In this document: piece after piece, positions 1 through 9,470 of the stretch
How positions within the stretch are numbered: the stretch's first letter is position 1
How the letters are laid out: each line of letters starts with the position of its first letter
The notes under the pieces: model-generated
The model's database searches: none
What the model saw: only the letters and a program-made list of their open reading frames with translations
Told to the model about the DNA's origin: nothing
Origin: Marinilabiliaceae bacterium JC017
GTDB taxonomy: Bacteria; Bacteroidota; Bacteroidia; Bacteroidales; Marinilabiliaceae
Assembly (NCBI GenBank): GCA_004296775.1
Contig: RHGE01000010.1
Coordinates: 39,250 to 103,249, forward strand
Direction of reading: 5' to 3'
DNA length: 64,000 nucleotides
Made by a program: the position numbers and the translations under genes

Positions 1-1
1 G

Positions 2-994
2 GTGGTATTGTGGGGTGATCACGGCTGGCACCTGGGTGACCATGCCTTGTGGTGCAAGCATACCAATTTTGAGCATGCTACCCGTGTACCAATGATTATT
101 ACCACACCATCGGGTGAAAAAGGTGAATACAGTCATCCGGCTGAGTTTGTCGACGTTTTCCCTACGCTTTGTGAGCTGACAGGTATTGATACCCCCACGC
201 AGCTTCAGGGGGAAAGTTTGGTACCTGCCTTGGAAAATACGAATTACAAAGTGAAAGATTATGCGGTTAGTCAGTTTGGACGCGGCAGTAACGAAGGGTA
301 TTCCATACGCACCGATCGTTACCGGTTGACTTTGTGGTTGAAAGATAATTACCGGACTTATATGCCATTTGATGAACAGCGTATTGTAGCCGGTGAACTT
401 TACGATTACCAGGAAGATCCCCTGGAGACGGTCAATCTCTATAAGTCCGGGAAGTTTAAAAAGGTGCGTGAGCAGCTGATGCAATATTTCAAGGCGTTTG
501 TGAAAGAACAAAATCAACAGTTGAAAAATGCCGGTTGTAATCCTGATCGAACAGAGAAGAAAGGCATTAAAAAATCCAAAACAATACAGCCGGTAACCAA
601 CCTCTCTTTTGGATCTGACTGGGAGACACGTTGGGACGTGATTGCCCGTAATGGTGCAGATGCCGGGTTTAGTGTAAAGGATGGCCGATTGCTGGTTAAT
701 GTGAAAAAACCGGGTAAGAATCCCTGGGATGTGGCCATTGCCTTGAAAGGCGGTCTGGAATTACAGAAAGGACAAACGGTACAATGGAAGGTTGCTGCCA
801 AAGGCGGGGATATAAAAATGGTGCTGGGACCTGTCAACGGACAACGTTTGGGCTCTAAAATCAAGCCCCGAAAGGGAAAGAAAGCTTCTGATGTGAGTTT
901 TAAGATACCTGCGTCAGGTGTATGGAAATTAAAAGTACAATTTCTTCAGGCTGGTACCTATGAAATTGGCGCTTTACAGCCAGTGATTGAATAA
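2..994 (+). CDS. Sulfatase, 5'-truncated at the window edge. The C-terminal half of the sulfatase domain is followed by a roughly 170-aa beta-sandwich-like extension.
   Basis: The ORF runs from the window edge. The motif 'GDHGWHLGDHALWCKHTNFE' is paralogous to the C-terminal parts of the sulfatases at 4256 and 19693. A stop lies at 992-994. Confidence 0.8.
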   Translation: MVLWGDHGWHLGDHALWCKHTNFEHATRVPMIITTPSGEKGEYSHPAEFVDVFPTLCELTGIDTPTQLQGESLVPALENTNYKVKDYAVSQFGRGSNEGYSIRTDRYRLTLWLKDNYRTYMPFDEQRIVAGELYDYQEDPLETVNLYKSGKFKKVREQLMQYFKAFVKEQNQQLKNAGCNPDRTEKKGIKKSKTIQPVTNLSFGSDWETRWDVIARNGADAGFSVKDGRLLVNVKKPGKNPWDVAIALKGGLELQKGQTVQWKVAAKGGDIKMVLGPVNGQRLGSKIKPRKGKKASDVSFKIPASGVWKLKVQFLQAGTYEIGALQPVIE

Positions 995-1017
995 TCCATT
1001 CAGAAAAGAAATATAGA

Positions 1018-2523
1018 ATGAAAAATAGTTTAGCTTATCTAACTGCTTTTGCAGGGATAATCGGGGGATGTACCACTTCTCAGACCAATCAATCGGAGCA
1101 AGCGGATCTGCATTTACCTGAATTGAAAAATACCAGGAAGCGGAATGTGATTTTTATCCTTACGGATGATCACCGGTTCGATTACATGGGGTTTACCGGT
1201 AAGGTACCCTGGCTGGAGACGCCTAATATGGATAAGTTGGCACATGAAGGGGCTTACATGAAAAATGCTTTTGTGACCACCTCTTTGTGTTCCCCCAGCC
1301 GGGCCAGTATTCTTACCGGTCAGTATTCTCACGTTCATACCATTGTGGATAATGTGGCGCCCGATCCGGGTAACCTCACTTATTTCCCGGAATATTTGCA
1401 GCAAGCCGGATATCAAACAAGCTTCTTTGGAAAATGGCACATGGGAGATGAAAATGATGATCCGCGTCCAGGCTTCAATCATTGGGAAAGCTTTAAAGGA
1501 CAGGGTGAATACTATGCGCCTAACCTGAATATTGATGGAAAACGGGTGCAATACAGTGATACGACCTATATCACTGATTTGTTAACCGAGCATGCCATCG
1601 ATTGGTTGGATAACCGGGATAAAGACAAGCCTTTCTTTATGTATTTGTCGCATAAAGCCGTGCATTGCCATTTTAAACCGGCAAAACGACACGAAGGCGT
1701 TTATGATGGAAAAACCATTGAACGTCCTGCCACTTATTCACAGACAGCAACGGATGAGTATAAGGATCTGAAATGGCCCGAGTGGGTAAAACAACAACGT
1801 CACAGCTGGCATGGTGTTGATTATATGTACCATGGTCAAGGTGATTTTGATGAGAATCTGCAACGTTATTGTGAAACACTTTTGGGCGTGGATGAGAGTA
1901 TTGGTACCGTGATGGATTGGCTGAAAGCTAACGGGCTGGATGAGTCGACCCTGGTCATTTACATGGGTGATAATGGTTTCAGTTGGGGAGAGCATGGCTT
2001 AATTGACAAGCGCCATTTTTATGAAGAGTCGGTGAAAGTACCTATGTTGGTGCGATGTCCTGAAATATTTGAAGGCGGCGAAACCGTTGAACGAATGGTG
2101 CAAAATGTGGATGTAGCCCCAACCATTCTGGAATGTGCCGGATTAAAGAAGCCTGACTATATGCCTGGTAAGTCGTTTATTCAACTGTTAAAGGGTGATG
2201 AAACCGATTGGCGTACCCGTATCTATTATGAATATTTCTGGGAATACGATTTCCCGATGACACCTACCGTTTTTGGTGTTCGGACCGATGAATATAAATA
2301 CATACGCTACCAGGGTATCTGGGATCAGAATGAGTTGTATGACATCAAGAATGATCCGGATGAAATGTATAACCTGATGGGACAGGAAGAGTACCAGGAT
2401 ATAGCCAAAGATTTGGCTACCGATCTCTATGATTGGTTGGAAAGAACCCATGGAATGGAAATTCCTTTGAAAAGAACGGTGAAACATCCGTTTGGCGATT
2501 ACAGACACGCCAACCAGTATTAA
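1018..2523 (+). CDS. Cys-type sulfatase (S1 family). The formylglycine motif is CSPSR.
   Basis: A 501-aa ORF with an N-terminal signal/lipobox-like segment. It contains 'FILTDDHRFDYMGF...CSPSRASILTGQY' and 'GDNGFSWGEHG', which are typical of N-acetylglucosamine-6-sulfatase-like enzymes. Confidence 0.9.
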   Translation: MKNSLAYLTAFAGIIGGCTTSQTNQSEQADLHLPELKNTRKRNVIFILTDDHRFDYMGFTGKVPWLETPNMDKLAHEGAYMKNAFVTTSLCSPSRASILTGQYSHVHTIVDNVAPDPGNLTYFPEYLQQAGYQTSFFGKWHMGDENDDPRPGFNHWESFKGQGEYYAPNLNIDGKRVQYSDTTYITDLLTEHAIDWLDNRDKDKPFFMYLSHKAVHCHFKPAKRHEGVYDGKTIERPATYSQTATDEYKDLKWPEWVKQQRHSWHGVDYMYHGQGDFDENLQRYCETLLGVDESIGTVMDWLKANGLDESTLVIYMGDNGFSWGEHGLIDKRHFYEESVKVPMLVRCPEIFEGGETVERMVQNVDVAPTILECAGLKKPDYMPGKSFIQLLKGDETDWRTRIYYEYFWEYDFPMTPTVFGVRTDEYKYIRYQGIWDQNELYDIKNDPDEMYNLMGQEEYQDIAKDLATDLYDWLERTHGMEIPLKRTVKHPFGDYRHANQY

Positions 2524-2533
2524 TAAGCAGCAG

Positions 2534-2570
2534 AAACCACTTAAGTCACCATGCTTAAGTGGTTTTTTTT
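2534..2570 (+). terminator. Rho-independent terminator after the sulfatase at 1018-2523.
   Basis: A perfect 12-bp stem (aaaccacttaag / cttaagtggttt) with an 8-nt loop, followed by a T8 run. Confidence 0.65.
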
Positions 2571-2621
2571 CACTTATGTGTGAGATGTTTACCAGGTAAC
2601 TTTGAAACTGTAATGAATTAA

Positions 2622-4127
2622 TTGCTTATCTGCCAATTACAAATCCTTATGAAACGAAATAAAATTCAATTTAAGTTATTAATCCTTCCATTATTGATGC
2701 TGTTTGGTTGTGGAAAAGGATCTAAAAAGAGCGAAAAGCCATTCAATGTCCTCTATTTTCTGGTGGATGATATGGGATGGATGGATGCTAATTATCAGGG
2801 TTCTTCCTTTTACGAAACACCCAATATTGATCAGTTAGCCACGGAGGGTATGCGCTTCAGCAATGCTTATGCAACCCATCCCCGTTGTACGCCCTCCCGT
2901 TATTCACTCATTACCGGACGCTATCCGGCCAGGGCCCAGATGCCCGGACCGGGAGAAGGGAAACTGAAAGCTCCGGGCAATATAAAGTTGCGTCCCGGTG
3001 ATGAAGGGAAATTAAAAGCCGATGAATATACCCTGGCCAATGCTATGAAAGATGGCGGTTATGCTACTTTTTTTGCCGGGAAATGGCACCTGGCAACGGC
3101 TGGTACCTTACCCCAGGATGTGGGATTTGATGTGAATATCGCCGGTGGCCATGCCGGATCGCCGATCTCTTATTTCTATCCCTATAATGTGGGTCCTCAG
3201 GCCGGGAAGAAAAGCCCTATTGAAGGCCTGGAAAAAGGGGAAGAAGGGGAATACCTGACCGATCGTATTACCGATGAAACCATTCATTTCCTGGAGCAAC
3301 ATTGTACCGAGTATCCCGAACAACCTTTCCTGGCTTATGTGTCACATTATGCCATTCATGAACCTTTGCAGGCAAAAGAGGCTTATATTAAAAAGTTCCG
3401 GGAGAAATTAAAGACCATGAAATATGATGGTCCGGAGTTTATTCCGGAAGGGACCGGAACAACCAAAATGCGACAAGATGATCCGGTTTATGCTGCCATG
3501 ATCTACAGCATGGATGAGAGCCTGGGACGGATCACCCGGACATTAGAGAAGCTGGGGCAGCTGGACAACACCATCATCATCTTTTTCTCTGATAACGGGG
3601 GACTCTCCAACCGGGGCTTTAATCCCAGGCGAGTGGCTACCTCCAATATTCCGCTGCGGGCCGGGAAAGGACACCTCTATGACGGAGGAGTGCGGGAACC
3701 CATGATTGTTAAATGGCCGGGGGTTACCCAGCCCGGAACTAAATCCGATGCCATGGTTACCGGAACCGATTTCTTCCCCACCATACTCGAAATGGTTAAC
3801 CAGCCTTTAAAGCCAAAGGCGCATTTGGATGGGCAAAGCTTTGTCTGGGCGCTTCAGAATAAATCCAATCCCCATGAAGAGCGGGCTATCTTCTGGCATT
3901 CGCCCGTGGCGCGGCCACATGCCACCGGTGATATCAATTGTACCGCGGTGCGAAAAGGACGCTATAAGCTTATTGAGTTTTACGATGAGCACCGCGCCGA
4001 ATTATATGATCTGGAAAACGACCTGGAAGAGGCACATGATTTATCGGAGCAATTACCTGGAGTAAGGGATGAATTACTGACATTGATTCACGACTGGCGT
4101 AAGGATGTGCACGCCTGGGTGAAATAA
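2622..4127 (+). CDS. Cys-type sulfatase (arylsulfatase-A-like). The start codon is more likely the Met at 2649.
   Basis: Contains 'YFLVDDMGWMD...CTPSRYSLITGRYPAR' and 'FFSDNGG'. A signal peptide follows the Met at 2649. It is a paralog of the gene at 21526-23022. Confidence 0.9.
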   Translation: MLICQLQILMKRNKIQFKLLILPLLMLFGCGKGSKKSEKPFNVLYFLVDDMGWMDANYQGSSFYETPNIDQLATEGMRFSNAYATHPRCTPSRYSLITGRYPARAQMPGPGEGKLKAPGNIKLRPGDEGKLKADEYTLANAMKDGGYATFFAGKWHLATAGTLPQDVGFDVNIAGGHAGSPISYFYPYNVGPQAGKKSPIEGLEKGEEGEYLTDRITDETIHFLEQHCTEYPEQPFLAYVSHYAIHEPLQAKEAYIKKFREKLKTMKYDGPEFIPEGTGTTKMRQDDPVYAAMIYSMDESLGRITRTLEKLGQLDNTIIIFFSDNGGLSNRGFNPRRVATSNIPLRAGKGHLYDGGVREPMIVKWPGVTQPGTKSDAMVTGTDFFPTILEMVNQPLKPKAHLDGQSFVWALQNKSNPHEERAIFWHSPVARPHATGDINCTAVRKGRYKLIEFYDEHRAELYDLENDLEEAHDLSEQLPGVRDELLTLIHDWRKDVHAWVK

Positions 4128-4255
4128 ATAATTGCTTTAAACTTTAGTAATTGGCCGGGAATCAATTTGTGCTATTTGATAGCTGAAGATGTTATGAAGG
4201 TACAAATAAGCATGGTTTAAATCGGTCTAATATCTATTGTCTAAAACCTAATGAT

Positions 4256-5710
4256 TTGTTGAACAATTTTTTAATGAAAAGTTCCCGAAAATTTTATTTA
4301 ACACTTGCGGCAGCTTTACCAATCATGTCGGTTGCCGGGCAAAAGAATGTGCTGTTTATCGCTGTGGATGATTTAAAACCGGTGCTGGGGTGTTATGGTC
4401 ATTCCGAGGTAAAAACACCTCACATTGATCAGTTGGCACAGAAAGGTTTTGTTTTTATGAATAACCATTGTCAGCAGGCTGTATGTGCCCCAACACGGGC
4501 CAGTCTGTTGACCGGTAAACGACCCGATTACACCCGGGTTTGGGACTTGAAAACCCTGATCCGTGACAAGAATCCGCATATCCTGACCATGCCGCAATAT
4601 TTTATGGAGAAGGGATATCAGACGGCGGCAGTGGGAAAAGTATTTGATTTGCGTTCAGTGGATAAGCAGCACGATTCATTATCCTGGACCAGGCCTTATG
4701 TCAATATGCAAGGGGCAAGCGTTACCGGGGGAGGATATATCCATGAAACAAACCGGGTAGCCACCGAATGTGCCGACGTCCCCGATAGTGTTACACTGGA
4801 TGGACAGGTGGCTATCAGGGGTATGCGGCTTATGGATGAGTTGTCGGCCGATAAAAAACCGTTCTTCCTGGCGGTGGGTTTTCATAAACCGCACCTGCCG
4901 TTTGTAGCCCCTGAAAAATATTGGGATCTGTATAACCGCGACAGCATCAAGCTGGCTGCTTTTAGGGATAAACCGGCTGGTGCGCCCGATTTTGCCTTGC
5001 AACCCGGGTGGGAATTACGCAGCCTGTACAACGATATCCCTAAAGAGTATGATGTGCCCATTTCAATGGAGAAACAGAAAGAACTGATACATGGCTATTA
5101 TGCCTGTGTCTCTTTCATTGATCAGCAAATAGGGCTTTTATTGGATCATCTGGAGAAGACGGGATTAAGAGAGAATACCGTTATTGTATTGTGGGGCGAT
5201 CATGGCTGGCATCTGGGCGATCATGCCATGTGGTGCAAGCATACCAACTATGAACAGGCTACCCGGTCACCATTGATCATATCCATGGGAGATAACTTTG
5301 GGGGTAAAACAACTTCCCCCACGGAGTTCGTGGATGTTTTTCCCACCGTTTGTGATCTGGCAGGGATGCCTTCGCCCAAAACACTGGATGGTTTAAGCCT
5401 GGTTCCTTTGATGAAAGGGAAGGTGAAGACTGTCAAACCTTATGCCGTGAGCCAGTTTCACCGACGAAAGGTATTGATGGGATATGCTTTCAGAAACGAA
5501 CGTTACCGGTATGTTGTGTGGCTGAAAGATGAGTACCGATCGAATAAACCCTTTTATGAAGATTTGATTGTGGCCGAGGAGTTGTATGATTATGAATCGG
5601 ACCCTCTGGAAACGGTTAATCACGTGGCTGATCCGCAATATGAGAAGATCTTGAAAAAGATGGCAAAACAAGCACAACGATTCTTTAAACAACAACAATG
5701 CGAAGAATAA
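4256..5710 (+). CDS. Cys-type sulfatase (iduronate-2-sulfatase-like).
   Basis: Contains 'LFIAVDDLKPVLGCYGH...CAPTRASLLTGKRPD' and 'LWGDHGWHLGDH'. A signal peptide is present. It is a paralog of the gene at 19693-21258. Confidence 0.9.
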   Translation: MLNNFLMKSSRKFYLTLAAALPIMSVAGQKNVLFIAVDDLKPVLGCYGHSEVKTPHIDQLAQKGFVFMNNHCQQAVCAPTRASLLTGKRPDYTRVWDLKTLIRDKNPHILTMPQYFMEKGYQTAAVGKVFDLRSVDKQHDSLSWTRPYVNMQGASVTGGGYIHETNRVATECADVPDSVTLDGQVAIRGMRLMDELSADKKPFFLAVGFHKPHLPFVAPEKYWDLYNRDSIKLAAFRDKPAGAPDFALQPGWELRSLYNDIPKEYDVPISMEKQKELIHGYYACVSFIDQQIGLLLDHLEKTGLRENTVIVLWGDHGWHLGDHAMWCKHTNYEQATRSPLIISMGDNFGGKTTSPTEFVDVFPTVCDLAGMPSPKTLDGLSLVPLMKGKVKTVKPYAVSQFHRRKVLMGYAFRNERYRYVVWLKDEYRSNKPFYEDLIVAEELYDYESDPLETVNHVADPQYEKILKKMAKQAQRFFKQQQCEE

Positions 5711-6336
5711 AAAGTCTGTTGTTATTGGTTCTGCTGGGAGGTTGTCTCCTGGCTGGCCATGCCCAATGTAGGAAGACAAGAACGATTGCTCTTACCCTTG
5801 ACGACGGTCCCGCCGGTGAACTGACAGAGTCTTTTCTGGAGCTGTTTGAGCACTATGATGTCAAGGTGACGTTTTTTCATATCGGTAAAAAGTCGATACA
5901 ACAAACAGATCTCTGCAAAGAGATCCTGGAGCGGGGACATGAGATTGGGAATCACAGTTGGTCGCATCAGCGATTAACAACTTTAGATACGGCTGATGCA
6001 CGGATGGAAATAGAGCGGTTTCAGCAATTTTTCAGAGATTCGCTGGCATACCGGCCGGTTTCGTTCCGGCCCCCTTTTCTTAAACACAACCCATACATTG
6101 ATGCGATTAGCCAGAAGAACGGGTTGACAATCATAACCGCGGATATTTATGCCCGTGATGCTAAAATGAATGTCGACCCCGAGGTAGTTGTGGAGAACCT
6201 GAGCAGGGAGATACCCGACGGGAGTATCATATTGTGCCATGAACGGCCCTATACCTTAAAAGCGTTGAAGGTGCTTTTGCCTGTGTGGAAGAAGAAAGGT
6301 TATCGGCTGGTAACCGTTAGTCAGATTATAAGATGA
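5698..6336 (+). CDS. Polysaccharide deacetylase (NodB homology, CE4-like). It overlaps the upstream sulfatase by 13 bp.
   Basis: Contains 'TLDDGP' and 'HSWSHQ' metal and catalytic motifs. A signal peptide is present. Confidence 0.8.
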   Translation: MRRIKSLLLLVLLGGCLLAGHAQCRKTRTIALTLDDGPAGELTESFLELFEHYDVKVTFFHIGKKSIQQTDLCKEILERGHEIGNHSWSHQRLTTLDTADARMEIERFQQFFRDSLAYRPVSFRPPFLKHNPYIDAISQKNGLTIITADIYARDAKMNVDPEVVVENLSREIPDGSIILCHERPYTLKALKVLLPVWKKKGYRLVTVSQIIR

Positions 6337-6499
6337 TTAACGGTTATTGGTTATATAATTATCCGTTGTCATTACAGGTTTGGTTTATAGATAACTGCGA
6401 ATGATTTGAAAATTAGTATAGCTAAATCCAAATCAATTTATCGGTTAAAATATAGAATTCCTATTGAAGTTGAATCCATGATTTTATAATCGGGGTTTC

Positions 6500-6712
6500 T
6501 ATTGTGTAATTACATTCCGACTTCGGGAAATTCCGTTAAGAAAATTGGGGCTTGAACCGTAAAGAAATCAGGTCTGTTTGAGCGGAGCGAGTTACCTGAT
6601 TTTAGGGGCAGGGCTCAATTTTTAGGGATTTAACGTTAGCGGCGGCATTTTTTGTTTACTTTTTTTTACTGTTGAAAAAAAGTAAAAGCCTGCGCGGCTT
6701 GAGCGCAAAGAG
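6500..6712 (+). ncRNA. Candidate structured non-coding element, copy 1. It has three hairpins, including a conserved 20-nt loop 'ctgtttgagcggagcgagtt'.
   Basis: Stem 6563-6571 pairs with 6594-6602 around the conserved loop. A hairpin spans 6655-6687 (tttactttttttt / aaaaaaagtaaa). A hairpin spans 6692-6708 (tgcgc ggcttga gcgca). A second copy at about 43150-43390 has compensatory changes in these stems. Confidence 0.4.
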
Positions 6713-7007
6713 AAATAAAAAAATAAGTTAGGATAATGTGTCTTTATTAAGGATTGAAAAACAATACTATATTTTAAGGTAATCTACATGATTACAACGG
6801 ACTAACGCAGATGAGATGCAACCATTAATAATTACAAATACCCAATAACTCATCGCATATGTCACACAAAAAGGCGCCAGGTAAGGCTCCGCCAACTTAA
6901 TACGGCCTTTGCAGAAAGTTATGCGTAACACCGGATAGCTCTCTTGTAAATTATCAGGTTATCAAATGGTGACAAATTCTCATAAACACTAATTTTATTA
7001 ATCTATT

Positions 7008-8450
7008 ATGGTAAAACTAAAAGTTATAACAGCCATCATCGTCATGCAATTGCTGGTTGTCAACTTGCATGCGGCCGGCAAAAGGGATAAGCGGCCCAAT
7101 ATTGTCTTTATCGAAGTGGATGATTTGAACCACGAATACCTCAGCTGTTTTGGCAGTAATGTGGTGCAAACGCCCCATGTGGATAAGCTGGCCCAGTCGG
7201 GAGTAAGGTTTGAAAATGCCGTGTGTCAGGGGATGATGTGCGGTCCATCGCGTAACTCTACCATGACCGGTCTTTATCCCCATAACCTGGGATTTTATAA
7301 TAACGGGGAAATGCGGTCTTTGCCCAAAGATGTGTGGACGTTTCCAAAGGGATTGCAGGCATCCGGCTATTACACCGCCTGGATTGGTAAATGCCACATC
7401 CGGCCATTTCTGGAGAATAAAGATAAAACGGAAGCCATGCGTTCACAGATGGGATTTGATTTTGCCCAGGTGACCGAAGGACGTGTGGTGTTAACCCGTA
7501 AGGCCAAAAAACCGCATGCGGCCGATAAGGATTGGTACCTGAGTTTCCTGAAGGAGAAAGGATGGTTGGAACAGTTCATTAATGAATACCCGGAGATCTC
7601 CACCTTGCCGGAAGAAGCCTATCTGGATGGTTTTTTCACAAAGAATGCCGAGGAATTTCTGAACGGATACCGGGAGAAGCATCCCTTCTTCCTGTGGCTG
7701 AACTACTCGGTGCCTCATGGTCCCTATGACGTGGCAAAGCCCTATCATGAACCATTTAACACCGCCGATATGCCGGGTACTACCATCCCCGATTTCGTAG
7801 CGCCCGAAGGATTGGTGAAGAAAACCAGGTTATCCACCAATGAGGAAAAACATAAAAAGGAGCAGGCCGGCCATTGTGCAGCCGTCTCATTCATGGATCG
7901 GCAGGTGGGGAAGGTAATTGAGGCCCTTAAACAGAACGGACAATTCGAGAATACCATCATTGTGTTCTTCTCCGACCAGGGCGTGATGTTGGGTGATCAT
8001 CAACGTAACCATAAAGGAACATTGTATCGTCAGATTACCAATCCGGCCCTGATTGTTTCTTATCCACCCCGGTTTAAAAGCAATAAGGTGGTAAAGGCGC
8101 CCGTGGAACTCATTGACCTGATACAAACCACCCTGGATGTGGCCAAAGCACCAAAAGCTGAGTTAACGCATTGTAAAACCAGTAATAGCTTAGTACCAAT
8201 ATTGACCGGAAAAACAAAGAGTGTACGTGAAGTAGCCTTCGGAGAAATTGATGGATATGTAATGGCCACCGATGGTCGTTACCGGCTGATTAAAGGAGAC
8301 GACGCTTCCCTGCTGTTTGATGAGGAGAAAGATCCCAAAAACCTGCATAATATTGCCGATAAGTATCCTGAAATAACCACCCGGCTGACCAAAAGCATTG
8401 ATGACTGGCTCAGGAAAACCGGCCCTGTATTACCGAAGAAATCTTTGTAG
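7008..8450 (+). CDS. Cys-type sulfatase.
   Basis: Contains 'IVFIEVDDLNHEYL...CGPSRNSTMTGLYPH' and 'FFSDQG'. A signal peptide is present. Confidence 0.9.
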   Translation: MVKLKVITAIIVMQLLVVNLHAAGKRDKRPNIVFIEVDDLNHEYLSCFGSNVVQTPHVDKLAQSGVRFENAVCQGMMCGPSRNSTMTGLYPHNLGFYNNGEMRSLPKDVWTFPKGLQASGYYTAWIGKCHIRPFLENKDKTEAMRSQMGFDFAQVTEGRVVLTRKAKKPHAADKDWYLSFLKEKGWLEQFINEYPEISTLPEEAYLDGFFTKNAEEFLNGYREKHPFFLWLNYSVPHGPYDVAKPYHEPFNTADMPGTTIPDFVAPEGLVKKTRLSTNEEKHKKEQAGHCAAVSFMDRQVGKVIEALKQNGQFENTIIVFFSDQGVMLGDHQRNHKGTLYRQITNPALIVSYPPRFKSNKVVKAPVELIDLIQTTLDVAKAPKAELTHCKTSNSLVPILTGKTKSVREVAFGEIDGYVMATDGRYRLIKGDDASLLFDEEKDPKNLHNIADKYPEITTRLTKSIDDWLRKTGPVLPKKSL

Positions 8451-8484
8451 GGAAGAACGGAGAATATATCATTTAATTATAAAA

Positions 8485-8518
8485 AAGGGGTGCTTATTAA
8501 ATTGGGCATCCCTTTTTT
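8485..8518 (+). terminator. Rho-independent terminator.
   Basis: Stem ggggtgc / gcatccc (one G-U pair) with an 11-nt loop, followed by a T6 run immediately after the stop of the gene at 7008-8450. Confidence 0.6.
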
Positions 8519-9062
8519 GAGAGATAGGAAATTATGTAGCGGGCAAAATAGAGGATAGAAGGATCGAATAATAATAAGATTCAATCTTATAAAATAATAC
8601 AGATGCCAGCGGCATCAAAGGTTTATAGGTAGAAGATCAACAAAAAGCCGACTCCGGCGGAGTCGCATGAAGGAATGTGAACATTAATCAGGTTCGATGC
8701 GACTCTTCCAGAGTCGAAAACTTGAATTATATCGATTAGTTATAAACTTTCTATCCTTCAAGGATAGGAATGGGCACCTTAAGAAATATATATTAAAATG
8801 GATAAAAGGAGAGATACTCTTATATGGTTGTTGTCTTATTTGTAATTGGATAAAATTGAGGTTGATTGGGCATTTATTGGAAACAAGCAGAGAGGTTGAA
8901 TGGTTAAGTGGGGAATGTATTAAAGGCTCTTTGATAATTAGTCGTATGATATTGAAAAATAGTTGTCTTTGAGAGTTATCTATTTAAAATTAGGAGAGAT
9001 CCATACTCATGCTGGGAGGTGATAAGATGTAAACAGAAAATTAGTAGTTTTTTAATTATCCA

Positions 9063-9470
9063 TTATTTTCGCTCAACAATTCCTTTTCCGATCATAAAGC
9101 CAGTTAAAGCTCCTATTGGAAGTCCGATAAAGCCAAGGAATAAAAGAATAAGCCCAGAAATCATTCCGAAAATTAGAATAGGTCCAAAAAAACCAATAGC
9201 TGCTCCAATTATTGCTCCCAAGATAAGTCCATTTAGTTGATAAATATTTCTTTCCTTTTTATTGCTACACTCTTGATAGTTTGGAAAACTAAACCAAAGG
9301 AAGATGTAAATTAATGGAGGAAAGGTGAGTAGTAAAGTCGCCAATAAAAATATTAATCTAAACCAAATTGGAGCAAAATTATATCTTGATCCTAATGCTT
9401 CACAAACACCACCGAAGTATCGTTTTCTCGGTCTAACTATTTTATTGTTTGACGGATTATATTTGATCAT
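9063..9470 (-). CDS. PspC-domain membrane protein.
   Basis: 'RKRYFGGVCEALGSRYNFAPIWFRLIFLL' matches the PspC-domain signature (GVCxGLA...R). It is followed by 2-3 TM helices rich in glycine-zipper motifs. Confidence 0.6.
   Translation of the reverse strand: MIKYNPSNNKIVRPRKRYFGGVCEALGSRYNFAPIWFRLIFLLATLLLTFPPLIYIFLWFSFPNYQECSNKKERNIYQLNGLILGAIIGAAIGFFGPILIFGMISGLILLFLGFIGLPIGALTGFMIGKGIVERK

Noticed and set aside
514-864. Antisense and alternative-frame ORFs of 60-150 aa inside the sulfatase, GH and giant-protein genes (for example 514-864, 1114-1551, 25147-25476, 26641-26973, 57917-58360)
   Set aside because: Each is wholly embedded in a long ORF that has clear domain homology on the other strand or frame. 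None has independent support.
9019-9240. 73-aa + strand ORF (PIK/PII-rich) antisense to the PspC-domain gene
   Set aside because: It is a low-complexity translation of the antisense strand of a Gly/Ile-rich TM region. The PspC-domain reading on the minus strand has a real domain signature.
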